Counted from the first letter of the stretch, positions 41,187 to 51,235 are shown. The stretch is 64,000 nt of DNA from Thermoplasmatota archaeon (GCA_965234725.1 CBDDUX010000014.1:1-64000); one strand, 5' to 3'. Notes: a model not told the origin generated them from the sequence alone. Numbers and translations are program-made.

Positions 41187-41324
41187 AAAGCCAGGCTCCT
41201 TCAGACAATAGGGATACTAATTTGATATCTAGAACAACAGGTTATAATTAATTTACCATTGAATCATTGAAAGTCCAGGTTAGGGATATTTATATTTAGT
41301 TCCCTTTGGACGCTCGGTAGGCCC

Positions 41325-42392
41325 ATGGAGCTCGATCTGTTCGACTATTATCTTCCATCGGAAATGATCGCCCAATCAAAGTCAATACCAAGGGATTTGT
41401 CCAGACTTTTCTATTTGGATGCCAGGTTAGAGGTCCCGGAATATGAACATCTCAGGTTCAGGGACATTGAGGACAAGCTCGAGGAGGGAGATATACTTAT
41501 ATTGAACCGGTCCAGAGTGATACCTGCCAGGATCAGAACAAGGAAGGAGACCGGTGGAAGATCCGAGGTCCTGCTCCTTGGCAGAAGAGACGGGAGGGAG
41601 TGGGAGGCTCTTGTGGCGGGAAAGAAGATATCAGAGGGTACCAAACTAATAACGGAAGAGGGTCATCTTTCGATAGAGATAAAGAAGAGATTGGACGAAG
41701 GCAGATGTTTGGTTGGATTCATTAGGGATGGAAAATACCTTGAACATCATGAGGTCCTGGATTGGTTGCGGGATTTTGGTCTGATGCCGACCCCTCCTTA
41801 TATAAAGAGGATGTTGGAGGACCCGGAAGAATACCAGACCGTCTATGGCGATATCGAAGGTTCGGTCGCCGCACCAACAGCCGGTCTTCATTTTACAGAT
41901 GAATTATTGGATCGTTTGAGGTCCAAGGGAGTGAAGGTGGAATTTTTGGTACTGCATGTTGGCCTTGGAACCTTTGCTCCGGTCAAATCAAAGGATATTA
42001 CCGATCATATCATGGAAGAGGAGGAATATCTTGTTCCTCCGGATGTTGCGAAGGTTATTGATGAGGCTGTGAATGATCACAGATCAACCGGGAAGAAGAG
42101 GATATGGGCAGTGGGTACGACTGTCATGAGGACACTGGAATCCGCTTTCGATCGGAGAGGTAAGTTGGTGAAAAGCTCCGGCAGGACGGGACTCTATATC
42201 ACCCCTGGATACCAATTCCATCTTCCCTATAAAGGATTCATCACCAATTTCCATCTTCCTCGTTCCACTCCCTTGATCCTTGTCTCCTCATTCTATAACA
42301 GGGAGAAGGTGATCGATGCTTACAATGAAGCGATCAAAGTGGGATATCGGTTCTATTCACTGGGTGATTCCATGATGATAAGGAGGGGTTGA
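41325..42392 (+). CDS. queA: S-adenosylmethionine:tRNA ribosyltransferase-isomerase
   Basis: FDYYLP..IAQ, NxSRVIPAR, PPYIKR, YQTVY, GSVAAPTAGLHF, LHVGLGTF, AVGTT, TNFHLPRST, YRFYSLGDSM. Confidence 0.97.
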   Translation: MELDLFDYYLPSEMIAQSKSIPRDLSRLFYLDARLEVPEYEHLRFRDIEDKLEEGDILILNRSRVIPARIRTRKETGGRSEVLLLGRRDGREWEALVAGKKISEGTKLITEEGHLSIEIKKRLDEGRCLVGFIRDGKYLEHHEVLDWLRDFGLMPTPPYIKRMLEDPEEYQTVYGDIEGSVAAPTAGLHFTDELLDRLRSKGVKVEFLVLHVGLGTFAPVKSKDITDHIMEEEEYLVPPDVAKVIDEAVNDHRSTGKKRIWAVGTTVMRTLESAFDRRGKLVKSSGRTGLYITPGYQFHLPYKGFITNFHLPRSTPLILVSSFYNREKVIDAYNEAIKVGYRFYSLGDSMMIRRG

Positions 42393-42393
42393 A

Positions 42394-43530
42394 ATGGATT
42401 TTTTCGAACTTCAAAAGGGGGAGAAGGAAGGTCCCAGGGCAGGCCTCCTAAAACTTCCATCAGGATCAAATGTTGAAACTCCACTTTTCATGCCAGTTGC
42501 AACCAAGATGTCGGTCAAGACCCTTGATCCCGATGAACTTTCCAGAACGGGGACCTCCACTGTAATCACAAACGGATTTCTTTCTTTCCTTGAACCAGGA
42601 AGTGATCTGATAAGAGAAATGGGTGGAATGCACAAGATCATGGGATGGAACGGAGGAATATTCTCGGATTCCGGGGGATTTCAATTCATCAGGAAGGGAT
42701 TCGATGCTGTGATTTCCGAAGATGGTGTGGGATTGAACTCGCCTTACACTGGAGAAAAAGTGTTTATCACTCCCGAGAGCGTCGTGGATATGCATATAGC
42801 ACATGGCGTGGATGTGGGAATGGTACTCGATCACTGTCCTCCTTATCCGTCCTCAAAGGATGAGATCATTTCTTCAGCTAATAGAACGGTCTATTGGGCC
42901 CGGAGGTCTAGTATTAGGATGAAAAGTCCCGAGATACTTGAGATGCTGCCCCCTGGTAGGCATCTGCCACTCTTCTTCGCAATTACCCAGGGTGGAACGG
43001 ATACTGATCTCAGAATGAAATGTACCGAGAAGTTGATAGAAATGGACTTCCATGGATATGGTATAGGTGGCCTTTCCATCGGTGAATCAAAGGATGATAC
43101 CTTCAGATCTTTAAGAGCCTCCACCGTTATGATACCAAAGGACCGTCCCAGATATTTCATGGGTGTGGGAGACCCTGATGATATTGTGAGGTCAGTACTT
43201 TCAGGAGTGGATATCTTCGACAGTGTTTTTCCCACCAGGAATGCCCGGCATAAGAATGTCTTTTCAAATAATGGTAGAGAGAATATCAGAGCCTCGGGAT
43301 GGAAGGGAAAAGATAGCCCAATCAGAGAGGGATGCAAATGCGATACCTGCAGAAGGTTCTCCAGGGGGTATATATACCATCTTTTCAAAGCAGGTGAACC
43401 CTTAGGCCCAAGGTTAGCCACCGTCCATAATATCTTCTACCTCCAGGAGCTTGTTTCCAGGATAAGGGAGCTTATCATGGAAGATGGTCTGAAGGTAACT
43501 ATCACTTCCACTTCTATCATGGACCCTTGA
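42394..43530 (+). CDS. tgt: Bacterial-type queuine/preQ1 tRNA-guanine transglycosylase
   Basis: TPLFMPVAT, DSGGFQ, LDHCPP, QGG, GGLSIGE, PRYFMGVG, DIFDSVFPTRNAR, CxCxxC..H zinc site; 378 aa, no PUA domain. Confidence 0.95.
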   Translation: MDFFELQKGEKEGPRAGLLKLPSGSNVETPLFMPVATKMSVKTLDPDELSRTGTSTVITNGFLSFLEPGSDLIREMGGMHKIMGWNGGIFSDSGGFQFIRKGFDAVISEDGVGLNSPYTGEKVFITPESVVDMHIAHGVDVGMVLDHCPPYPSSKDEIISSANRTVYWARRSSIRMKSPEILEMLPPGRHLPLFFAITQGGTDTDLRMKCTEKLIEMDFHGYGIGGLSIGESKDDTFRSLRASTVMIPKDRPRYFMGVGDPDDIVRSVLSGVDIFDSVFPTRNARHKNVFSNNGRENIRASGWKGKDSPIREGCKCDTCRRFSRGYIYHLFKAGEPLGPRLATVHNIFYLQELVSRIRELIMEDGLKVTITSTSIMDP

Positions 43531-43640
43531 ATTTCTCCTTTATTTAGGAATATTATTAGAAAACCATTATAGTTCTCTATACAAGTGTGGAAAATAATAC
43601 GTCAATAAGTGAAAATAATCTGTCTTGTAAAGTATTGTTC

Positions 43641-43658
43641 CGAAAAACTCTTATATAT
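43641..43658 (+). promoter_or_regulatory. BRE and TATA promoter of the major surface glycoprotein gene
   Basis: CGAAAAA-CTC-TTATATAT about 80 nt upstream of the ATG, in an AT-rich intergenic region. Confidence 0.55.
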
Positions 43659-43739
43659 CATCTATTTTCATTGGCGCCTTGTGGCACATGTCTTTGGCCG
43701 TGTCAATGAAAGAAATAATTAATACACCGAGGTGTTAAA

Positions 43740-46340
43740 ATGATGGATAAAAAAAGATCGAAGGTCGTGATGGCATATTCGGCTATTACCGTCCTTGTTG
43801 GAATGGCCCTGCTGGGAATCTTTATTCCCGCAGTTGCCGATGCGGATGTCGTTGTGGACAACCATTTGGTTGTGTCGGCATCTTTGGATCCCACTTGGGT
43901 ATACAGCACCTCAACGGTTGATGTTGATATATCATATTCTCTGGCTTCTGTGGATAATACCCTTGAGCTTTCTAATCTCACAATAACCGTTGTTGAAGAA
44001 GGATCTGCGGTCCTACCAGTGTTGCTTTATAGCTATAACAGGACATCTGCAGTGACCCCATTGGAAAATCCTTACACCTGGTCCCTTGATGGAACCCAGA
44101 CCGTTGGGAATTGGATCGTAAACGTTACGGTCGAATATTTCAACGGAACATCCGGAGACAACCTTTTCGGTTCCAAGGAAGCACACTTCCAGGTTCTGGA
44201 TGGAACACATGTGATCAAGGAGATCTCCGCTAACCCCATGACAGTTACGAACAGTGGAATGGATACTGTGAATATATCATTGATGTTCAACAGGTTGTTC
44301 TCCGAGATCGATACCGATATAACAGAAGTCCAGTTCTTCCATGTGGATACTATGTCCTGGGTGGATGATTCTATCCTTGATATTCCCGAACCCGCCCCCG
44401 AGAACATAACCGATGGTGATCACAACGTGACTGCGTGGTCCCACCTCATGATACCCCTGGACCTTCCGGTCGGTGAATACAAGTTATATTTCAATCTCTA
44501 TGACATCTGGGGATATAACGAGTCCAAGAATGATACTTTGTTCAACGTTCTATGGAAGGAACTTCCTCCGGTAATGACAAACGATACGATCTACATGCAG
44601 GAGGATGGTTCCGTCGATGTGGACCTGGATGACCACTTCGATGATGTGAACCAACAGGAGCTGATGTATTACATCAACATGTCAGCTGTCGAGAACCTCA
44701 CGATCATCTTTGTGGATGAGGACACAATCACGATCACCCCTTCCCAGGATTTCTTCGGGGAACAGGATCTTGAGATAGCTGTCACTGACGGTATCGATAT
44801 GCCCGGTCACAATGTGACATTCACCCTCACTGTCATGGTCGAACCCACGCCAGATGACCTCATGCCAGCAGAGGACAGGACAATAATGGTTGAGGAAATG
44901 GTCGATGAAGTTGAGATCGAGACATCCTTCAATCCTCAGGACCTCTTCTATGATCCCGATGGTCCTGCAGAGTTCGTTGTGTCTCTAGGATGGGAATGGG
45001 CAAAGAACGAGACCAATGTCTCTGTAATGACCCCTATCTGGACATGGACAGACAATAACTTCTCCATTGCCATTAACGACACTGACAACTCCGACGGTAT
45101 GGCAAAGGTCATTGCTGATTTGGAAGAAGGTTCCGTGGAATTCCCCATTTCTGCCTGGATTAACGATACCCCTTACATGAACTCGACAGCAATGCTGGAG
45201 ATCATTCCTGTAAATGATATCCCTGCACCGATAGACGATACCATCACGGTTTACAGAAATGAAACCTTAACAGCCAACCTGTCAGCTCTCTTCAAGGACC
45301 CTGACAGCACCGATCTCAACTTCACAGTCAATGCAACGATGGCGCAAAATATTGTGGTTGAATACGACTGGATGACCTTTGCCCTGACGATAACACCAGC
45401 AGTGAACTGGACCGGTGAGACCTCCTTCAAGGTCAATGCCACCGACGGGATCGATCATCAGGAATATACGATGACAGTATTGGTTACCAAGAGATCATAC
45501 ACTGTTTCAGGGACCGTGGAGTTCGAAGAGATCGCTGGTGTGGATGTCAATTTGACCAATGTGACCCTTACCATCGGCGAGACTACGGTTGTTATCGGAG
45601 ATGATGGAAGCTTCAGCGTGCTCCTCATGGAAGGAGACTATACAGTTGCATTGGATGTTCCAGAGGCACTTCTCTATTCCGAATCTGGGAAGATGTCCGG
45701 ATACATCGTTCCGACACTAGACCCGATAAATCTGACTGCTGGAAAAACCTACGACATCATGGTTTCCTACATGGTCTACGACGAGACATCCGGTGTTGCT
45801 GCATGGGAGGACCTCGACTTCGATAATGTGGAGTTCGACGACGATGATGATCTCATGGTGATACTTCCTGTTATGAACGGAACCGGTAACTATACTGGTT
45901 GGGATACCTTCGTTGTGAAGCTCATTATTGTGGAGTCCGACGATGAAGAATTGAACTTCACCATGATCTGGGATGCTACAGAGAAGCAGTTCGCTGTAAC
46001 ACTTACAGGCGACGATCTTGATGACCTCGGAGAGGGAAAGAAGACCTATTACTTCACAAATGAGAACGGGTCCCTCAAGTCCTCAGAGGAGAAGTATGAG
46101 TTCAAGGGAAAGAATGAGAATGCAGGTCCAATGACCATCATCATTCTTGTTGCCCTTATCCTCTTGGTCCTCGTAGCCCTTATCTTCATCATGAGGAAGC
46201 CCTCGGAAGAGGATTTCGACGAGGATGAGGAAGAGGAAGAGGAAGACGGCAGGTCCTGCCCAGGATGCGGAGAGTCCGTCACCGATGACGAGGCAGAGGA
46301 ATGCCCGTACTGCGGTGAGGACCTCGAAGCAGAAGAGTAA
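43740..46340 (+). CDS. S-layer-like acidic surface glycoprotein with cadherin-like Ig repeats, TM anchor and cytoplasmic Zn ribbon
   Basis: Signal peptide, dense NxS/T sequons, F.DPD/ITP..xGE..VTDG repeats, TM helix followed by RK, poly-acidic stretch, CPGC..CPYC. GAGGTG RBS. Confidence 0.8.
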   Translation: MMDKKRSKVVMAYSAITVLVGMALLGIFIPAVADADVVVDNHLVVSASLDPTWVYSTSTVDVDISYSLASVDNTLELSNLTITVVEEGSAVLPVLLYSYNRTSAVTPLENPYTWSLDGTQTVGNWIVNVTVEYFNGTSGDNLFGSKEAHFQVLDGTHVIKEISANPMTVTNSGMDTVNISLMFNRLFSEIDTDITEVQFFHVDTMSWVDDSILDIPEPAPENITDGDHNVTAWSHLMIPLDLPVGEYKLYFNLYDIWGYNESKNDTLFNVLWKELPPVMTNDTIYMQEDGSVDVDLDDHFDDVNQQELMYYINMSAVENLTIIFVDEDTITITPSQDFFGEQDLEIAVTDGIDMPGHNVTFTLTVMVEPTPDDLMPAEDRTIMVEEMVDEVEIETSFNPQDLFYDPDGPAEFVVSLGWEWAKNETNVSVMTPIWTWTDNNFSIAINDTDNSDGMAKVIADLEEGSVEFPISAWINDTPYMNSTAMLEIIPVNDIPAPIDDTITVYRNETLTANLSALFKDPDSTDLNFTVNATMAQNIVVEYDWMTFALTITPAVNWTGETSFKVNATDGIDHQEYTMTVLVTKRSYTVSGTVEFEEIAGVDVNLTNVTLTIGETTVVIGDDGSFSVLLMEGDYTVALDVPEALLYSESGKMSGYIVPTLDPINLTAGKTYDIMVSYMVYDETSGVAAWEDLDFDNVEFDDDDDLMVILPVMNGTGNYTGWDTFVVKLIIVESDDEELNFTMIWDATEKQFAVTLTGDDLDDLGEGKKTYYFTNENGSLKSSEEKYEFKGKNENAGPMTIIILVALILLVLVALIFIMRKPSEEDFDEDEEEEEEDGRSCPGCGESVTDDEAEECPYCGEDLEAEE

Positions 46341-46364
46341 GCAGGTTCTTTGAACGGACCTTAG

Positions 46365-46395
46365 GGGAGCTTCGAAAGGAGCTCCCTTTTTTTTT
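46365..46395 (+). terminator. Hairpin plus T-tract terminator
   Basis: GGGAGCTTC-GAAA-GGAGCTCCC followed by T9, about 25 nt after the stop codon. Confidence 0.85.
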
Positions 46396-46399
46396 ATTT

Positions 46400-46671
46400 T
46401 TAAGTTAGGATACTATCCTCAATATCAGAATTCATTAGAGACACATTCTGCAGATAACGATGCTGATGGAGATGGAACGAATCCTCTGATTAAGGAGAAG
46501 AAGGATGATGAGGGTGGTTTCCCGATCATAGTAATTGTGTTGATAATCATTGTAATTCTCATCGCACTTGGGATTCTTGTATTCTTGATGATGAGAAAAA
46601 AAGAAGAGAATTTACCGGATGAGCCATCTGTGGAACAGGTCCCGTTGAACGATATTGATCCTGCAACCTGA
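46400..46671 (+). pseudogene. Orphan C-terminal membrane-anchor fragment lacking a start codon
   Basis: Frame 1 reads ...ADNDADGDGTNPLIKEKKDDEGGFPIIVIVLIIIVILIALGILVFLMMRKKEENL...PAT*. There is an in-frame stop at 46351 and no ATG before the TM helix. Confidence 0.65.
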
Positions 46672-46873
46672 GGTTGAACTTGATCAACAATTGATCTGAT
46701 CGAAAGAATCAAAGTAAATTACTAAAGCTTGATAATCCTGAAATAGTTTAATATTCCGTGTTATTTTCCAGCTTTCACCGGTTACACCATCCTCTGGTCC
46801 TTGAATATTTTAGATAGTTTTTCAACAAAATGAGTTAAATATCTCTTCATGCTATTTCCATCCAGGTATTTTC

Positions 46874-47569
46874 ATGAAGAGCAAGATTATCGTATCTGTC
46901 GCTGTGGTTTCCCTCGCGGTACTCCTCATCAGCACAATTCCTTATGCTTTCGGTGAAGATGAGAGACCTGAAAGGAAGGAAAAGGCTGAAAATGAGAGGA
47001 TCGACAGGGATGCAGATGGCTCCGTCACATACAGAGAATTCTACGCCAAGTTCAGCGAGAAGTACGATGATACCACATTGAAAAGGATCTTCGAGGAAGC
47101 TGATGTCAATAATGACGGTCTCATCTCCGGAAGGGAGTTAATCAAGGCAAGACTCCTCCTTGCCAAGGTCAGAGTAAAGGAAGCTGTCCAGAAAATAAAG
47201 AGACCAGATGCTGACGGTGACGGATACCTGACCCTCAGGGAGCTCAACGCATTCATGAACGGAAAAATAGACGAAGCTACCCTCAAGAGGATCTTCAACG
47301 CCGCTGATGGTGATAATGACGGTAAACTGTCCAGAAGGGAACAGGCTCATGCCATGCAGCTGATCATGAAATATGTCAAGACAAAGATGGTTGAGAAGAA
47401 AGAGCGGATAAGAGAGAATATTGACAGCGACCGCTCTGGTGAGAGAGAAGAAAAGGTCGTCAAGATCAGAAGGATCCTCAATAATGCTGACAAAGATGAA
47501 AACGGAAAGATCTCCTTGAGAGAGATCCTCTGGGTCCTAAAGATGATAAGAAGGACGATCTCTGCCTGA
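46874..47569 (+). CDS. Secreted multi-EF-hand calcium-binding protein
   Basis: Signal peptide; DRDADGSVTYRE, DVNNDGLISGRE, DADGDGYLTLRE, DGDNDGKLSRRE, DKDENGKISLRE. Confidence 0.9.
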   Translation: MKSKIIVSVAVVSLAVLLISTIPYAFGEDERPERKEKAENERIDRDADGSVTYREFYAKFSEKYDDTTLKRIFEEADVNNDGLISGRELIKARLLLAKVRVKEAVQKIKRPDADGDGYLTLRELNAFMNGKIDEATLKRIFNAADGDNDGKLSRREQAHAMQLIMKYVKTKMVEKKERIRENIDSDRSGEREEKVVKIRRILNNADKDENGKISLREILWVLKMIRRTISA

Positions 47570-47687
47570 TCTTAAAGCTCGACCTTATGGTCAAAGAGGT
47601 CATTTTTCATTTCTTATCTACTTTTATCGCTTCTTATATATTCTAAGAGATTTCTTCCATGGGAAGGACCGTTGTGGGGAACCTTAG

Positions 47688-48680
47688 ATGCTGGTGGAGT
47701 CTGTCGATGAGAATACCAAGAGGGAGATCTGGAAAAGGGACGAGTTCACCTGCCGTTATTGTGGACGTACAGTCCCCTGGGAGAATGTCAATATTGTCTT
47801 CGACATTCCTCCGAAAAAGGGAATGGAACCAACCCCATCCAACATGCTTACCGTTTGTTCTGACTGTCTCAAGGAAGGAAAAACGGCCCCTGTCCAGGAA
47901 AAGGACAAGCAGAGAATGCTGGGAATAATCCGGGAATTGGTCTGTTATACGGACCTTTCGGATGAGATAATCTTCGAGATGGACCACGAGCAGGAGTTGG
48001 AGAGACTCTCATCCAAGATCGAAGCTTTGAAAGAAGATAACAGGAAGCTTTCAGAGGCAATTTCCGAGAGGGAAAGGCACATTATCTCTTACAAGGAGAA
48101 GATGGAAAGAGCATACAAGGATATGGAAAACCTGAAAAGGAGACAGGAAACCGATGTCAATCTAATGGTGGGGGAAGGAACGAGGAACGTGCTCCTCTCG
48201 ATGATATCGACTCTTGATGATATCGAGAGGGCCATCCAGGAAGCAAGGAAGGATGAGAAGATAAAGGAAGTCAGAAATATCATCTCAGGATTGGGGATGA
48301 TCAGAAAAGCGACCATGGATCGTTTATCATCTATGGGAGCCGAAGTACAAAAGCCACTGGGCTCCATTTTTGATCCTAGATACCATGAGGCAACCTCTTT
48401 TCGGACAGATAAAAGTGTACCTAAAGGGACCATTCTTGAGGTCCTTCAATCAGGTTTCATACACAATTCACATCTTCTTAGACCTGCAAAGGTCATTATC
48501 GCAAAGGGAGGACCAAAACCTAAAAAGGTTGAAGAAGAATTAGAAGAATTCGAGCTGGAAGATGATATTGAAGAAGAGAAGGTCCTTCACATGGAACCCT
48601 GGAATCCTGAAGATGATGAATATGTGGTCAGTAAACCAAAGGTGAAAAAGAAGAAGAAGAAACGGGTCCTTAAAAAATAA
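47688..48680 (+). CDS. grpE: GrpE nucleotide exchange factor with an N-terminal degenerate HNH (Zn-finger) domain
   Basis: RDEFTCRYCG..NMLTVCSDC; then RAYKDMENLKRR, LDDIERA, FDPRYHEA, GTILEVLQSG, LLRPAKV. Confidence 0.85.
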   Translation: MLVESVDENTKREIWKRDEFTCRYCGRTVPWENVNIVFDIPPKKGMEPTPSNMLTVCSDCLKEGKTAPVQEKDKQRMLGIIRELVCYTDLSDEIIFEMDHEQELERLSSKIEALKEDNRKLSEAISERERHIISYKEKMERAYKDMENLKRRQETDVNLMVGEGTRNVLLSMISTLDDIERAIQEARKDEKIKEVRNIISGLGMIRKATMDRLSSMGAEVQKPLGSIFDPRYHEATSFRTDKSVPKGTILEVLQSGFIHNSHLLRPAKVIIAKGGPKPKKVEEELEEFELEDDIEEEKVLHMEPWNPEDDEYVVSKPKVKKKKKKRVLKK

Positions 48681-48730
48681 CCTCTCGAACAGGTTTATAT
48701 CGGTCAAATTCACTCCTGATCCCGATAAGA

Positions 48731-51217
48731 GTGGGGTTGAAGGATCATGGACTCACGGCCCAGGAAGGGATATTGCTTCACCTGCTTGACTTCAACAGGT
48801 ACAGAGATGATGATATCCTCCCGGAATCCGTTACTCAGCCAGGGATAGCAAGAATTCTGGATACCAAAAGGAGCTACATCTCATTTGTCCTTTCACAGAT
48901 GCTGAAGAGAAAAATGATAACTTTCAAACTCAGCAGGGTCGAAGGAGGGAGGAGGAAAAAGAAGGTATATTTCCTTGATGATGAAGGACTATCAGCTTCC
49001 AGGGAGATAAGGACCCTTCTTTCCAGGGAGAATATTTCCTGCAGGAGGGGAGGAAAGGAGTTCCGTGGTGATCTTGAGGATGTCTCCAAAGCTACTGGAC
49101 TTTCCCTTGTTTCCCTTACAGTCATCACAGATCCGGAAAGAACGGTCGATATCGATCAATGGTTCACAGAGAGGACCTCGATCAATAATAGTTACAAGTC
49201 TCCCCAGGGTCCTCCCTTCTCAGAGAACTTCACTGGGAGGTTAGAGGAGATATCGGCTATCCACTCATGGATCAGAAGCAGGTCCGGTCTGGCACTGGTA
49301 AAAGGTATTGCGGGTACCGGGAAGACCTCACTGGTGGGTAAAGTTATTGCGAAATGTCAGCAACCAGATCTTTCGTTTCTCTATCTTACCGTGTGTCCTC
49401 CGGGAGATGGATCCACCTTGATCAATGATCTGGCTATCCGGATGGATCGGATCGGAAGGTCGTCATTATCAAATCTTCTGAAGGAAAAAGGTTCCATTAC
49501 CCTGTCTGAGCTTGAAAGTAACCTTGAGCAGGAATCATCAAGGTCACCATTTCTACTTATCTTGGATGATGTCCACAATCTCACTACGATCAATAAAGAA
49601 AGCCGGATACTGGACGTGCTCCTGAAGATCGCTGATGAAAATTTAAAGGTCCTTCTGATTTCCAGAGAATCCATAGATGTGGATCCCAGGTCCATTCTTG
49701 GACCTACACCCCCTGTTCATATTGAAGTGCGTGGTCTGGAAAAGAATGATGTGATGACCTTGTTCGAGAACGCGGGAATGGATTTCAGAGATAATCTTTT
49801 CGAGCTAACCGCCGGACATCCACTCTATGTCAATCTGCTGATCCATTACACCTGTAATGAAAGACCATTGGAAGCCCGCAGGAGTATCAGGGCTTTCATA
49901 AGGAAGGAGGTACTGGATTGCTTGAACAGGACAGAAAGGGATATGTTGGACATATTTTCCCTTCTACGTTCTCCGATTTCACGGGAGGATCTGTTCGACA
50001 TGGATGCAGGTGATCTTATGATATCCGAGGCAGGGTTCCAGAGCTTGATGGGAAACGGTATCTTGCAGGGGGATGAACGTGAATTGTCCGTACATCAGCT
50101 GATCGGAGAAATCCTTGTTGAGTTGATGCCACGGGCAAGGGGGATCCAGATCCAGAGGGTGATCTCGGAACATTATAGAGAGCTGATCGACCTCGAACAT
50201 GGAATGGACATGTCCGTACCTGAGAGGATCAATTTCCTAAGGGAATACATGCACCATCTATGGGCATGCGGATCCCTTGGTGAGAGATTATCCGCCCTTT
50301 CCGATCTTGGAGAGGAGATGATGAGCAGGTCCCAGACCGATGACCTTGAGAAGTATACAGAAGAGATCCTTGGAAGGATCGACCGTTCTAGTGAGATGGA
50401 TGCACTGGACCCATCCTTAATCACTCGTATCATGATCTTCAATGGGTGGTGTCTATCAGTAAAAGGTGATTGGGAGGGTGCTTTGAAGATATACAACAAA
50501 GCCCGTGAAAAAGCTGACAGGATAGGTGATAGAGATCTTGTGGGAAGATGCCTCAATGCAATAGGTACAATTTACCTAAGAAGAGGTGAACCGGAGAAAG
50601 CCCAAGACCTGATATCCTCTTCCATCGAGATGATGGAAGACAGGTGCAGCCTCTGCAAGGCAAGGTCCAATCTTGCCGTAGTTCATTGGATGATCGGAAA
50701 CCTTGACAATGCTCTGGAAGAGGTTGACAGGTCAATGGACCTCGCCATGTTCCTGGATGATGCCATGGGTGTATCCAGAGGTTTGATCAACAAAGGGATC
50801 ATACTTGCCCAGATGGATGATCTTGAAGGTTCAAGGTCAGCCTATGAGAGAGCTCTTGCAATATGTGAAAGGGAGGCTTTTTCCCATACTCTATCCATCG
50901 TACATGATAACCTGGGAGAAATCCATAGAGAAAATGGTGATAATGATAGATCCCAGATACATTTCCAAAAGAGCCTGGAACTTGCAAGGGGACTAGGGTT
51001 CAAATGGCAGATCGCAGAGGCAACCAGGAACCTTGCATCCCTTGAATCCGAAGGACCTGGAAGGATCGGCCTTTTCATGGATGCTATCGGGATATTCAGG
51101 GACCTTGGAGATCTTCAAGAAGTTGAAAGAACGGAAAAGATGATGAAAGGTATTCCCTCAGTGAAAAGAAAATCGGAAAAAGGGGGGAATGATATTGATA
51201 AGAATTTTCATCGATGA
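48731..51217 (+). CDS. wHTH, STAND-type P-loop NTPase and TPR repeat protein
   Basis: N-terminal wHTH (TQPGIA..RRKKKVYFL), FTGRLEE, Walker A GIAGTGKT, Walker B LLILDD, AGHPL, C-terminal TPRs. Confidence 0.88.
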   Translation: MGLKDHGLTAQEGILLHLLDFNRYRDDDILPESVTQPGIARILDTKRSYISFVLSQMLKRKMITFKLSRVEGGRRKKKVYFLDDEGLSASREIRTLLSRENISCRRGGKEFRGDLEDVSKATGLSLVSLTVITDPERTVDIDQWFTERTSINNSYKSPQGPPFSENFTGRLEEISAIHSWIRSRSGLALVKGIAGTGKTSLVGKVIAKCQQPDLSFLYLTVCPPGDGSTLINDLAIRMDRIGRSSLSNLLKEKGSITLSELESNLEQESSRSPFLLILDDVHNLTTINKESRILDVLLKIADENLKVLLISRESIDVDPRSILGPTPPVHIEVRGLEKNDVMTLFENAGMDFRDNLFELTAGHPLYVNLLIHYTCNERPLEARRSIRAFIRKEVLDCLNRTERDMLDIFSLLRSPISREDLFDMDAGDLMISEAGFQSLMGNGILQGDERELSVHQLIGEILVELMPRARGIQIQRVISEHYRELIDLEHGMDMSVPERINFLREYMHHLWACGSLGERLSALSDLGEEMMSRSQTDDLEKYTEEILGRIDRSSEMDALDPSLITRIMIFNGWCLSVKGDWEGALKIYNKAREKADRIGDRDLVGRCLNAIGTIYLRRGEPEKAQDLISSSIEMMEDRCSLCKARSNLAVVHWMIGNLDNALEEVDRSMDLAMFLDDAMGVSRGLINKGIILAQMDDLEGSRSAYERALAICEREAFSHTLSIVHDNLGEIHRENGDNDRSQIHFQKSLELARGLGFKWQIAEATRNLASLESEGPGRIGLFMDAIGIFRDLGDLQEVERTEKMMKGIPSVKRKSEKGGNDIDKNFHR

Positions 51218-51235
51218 GAGGAGTAACTAGTGAAA

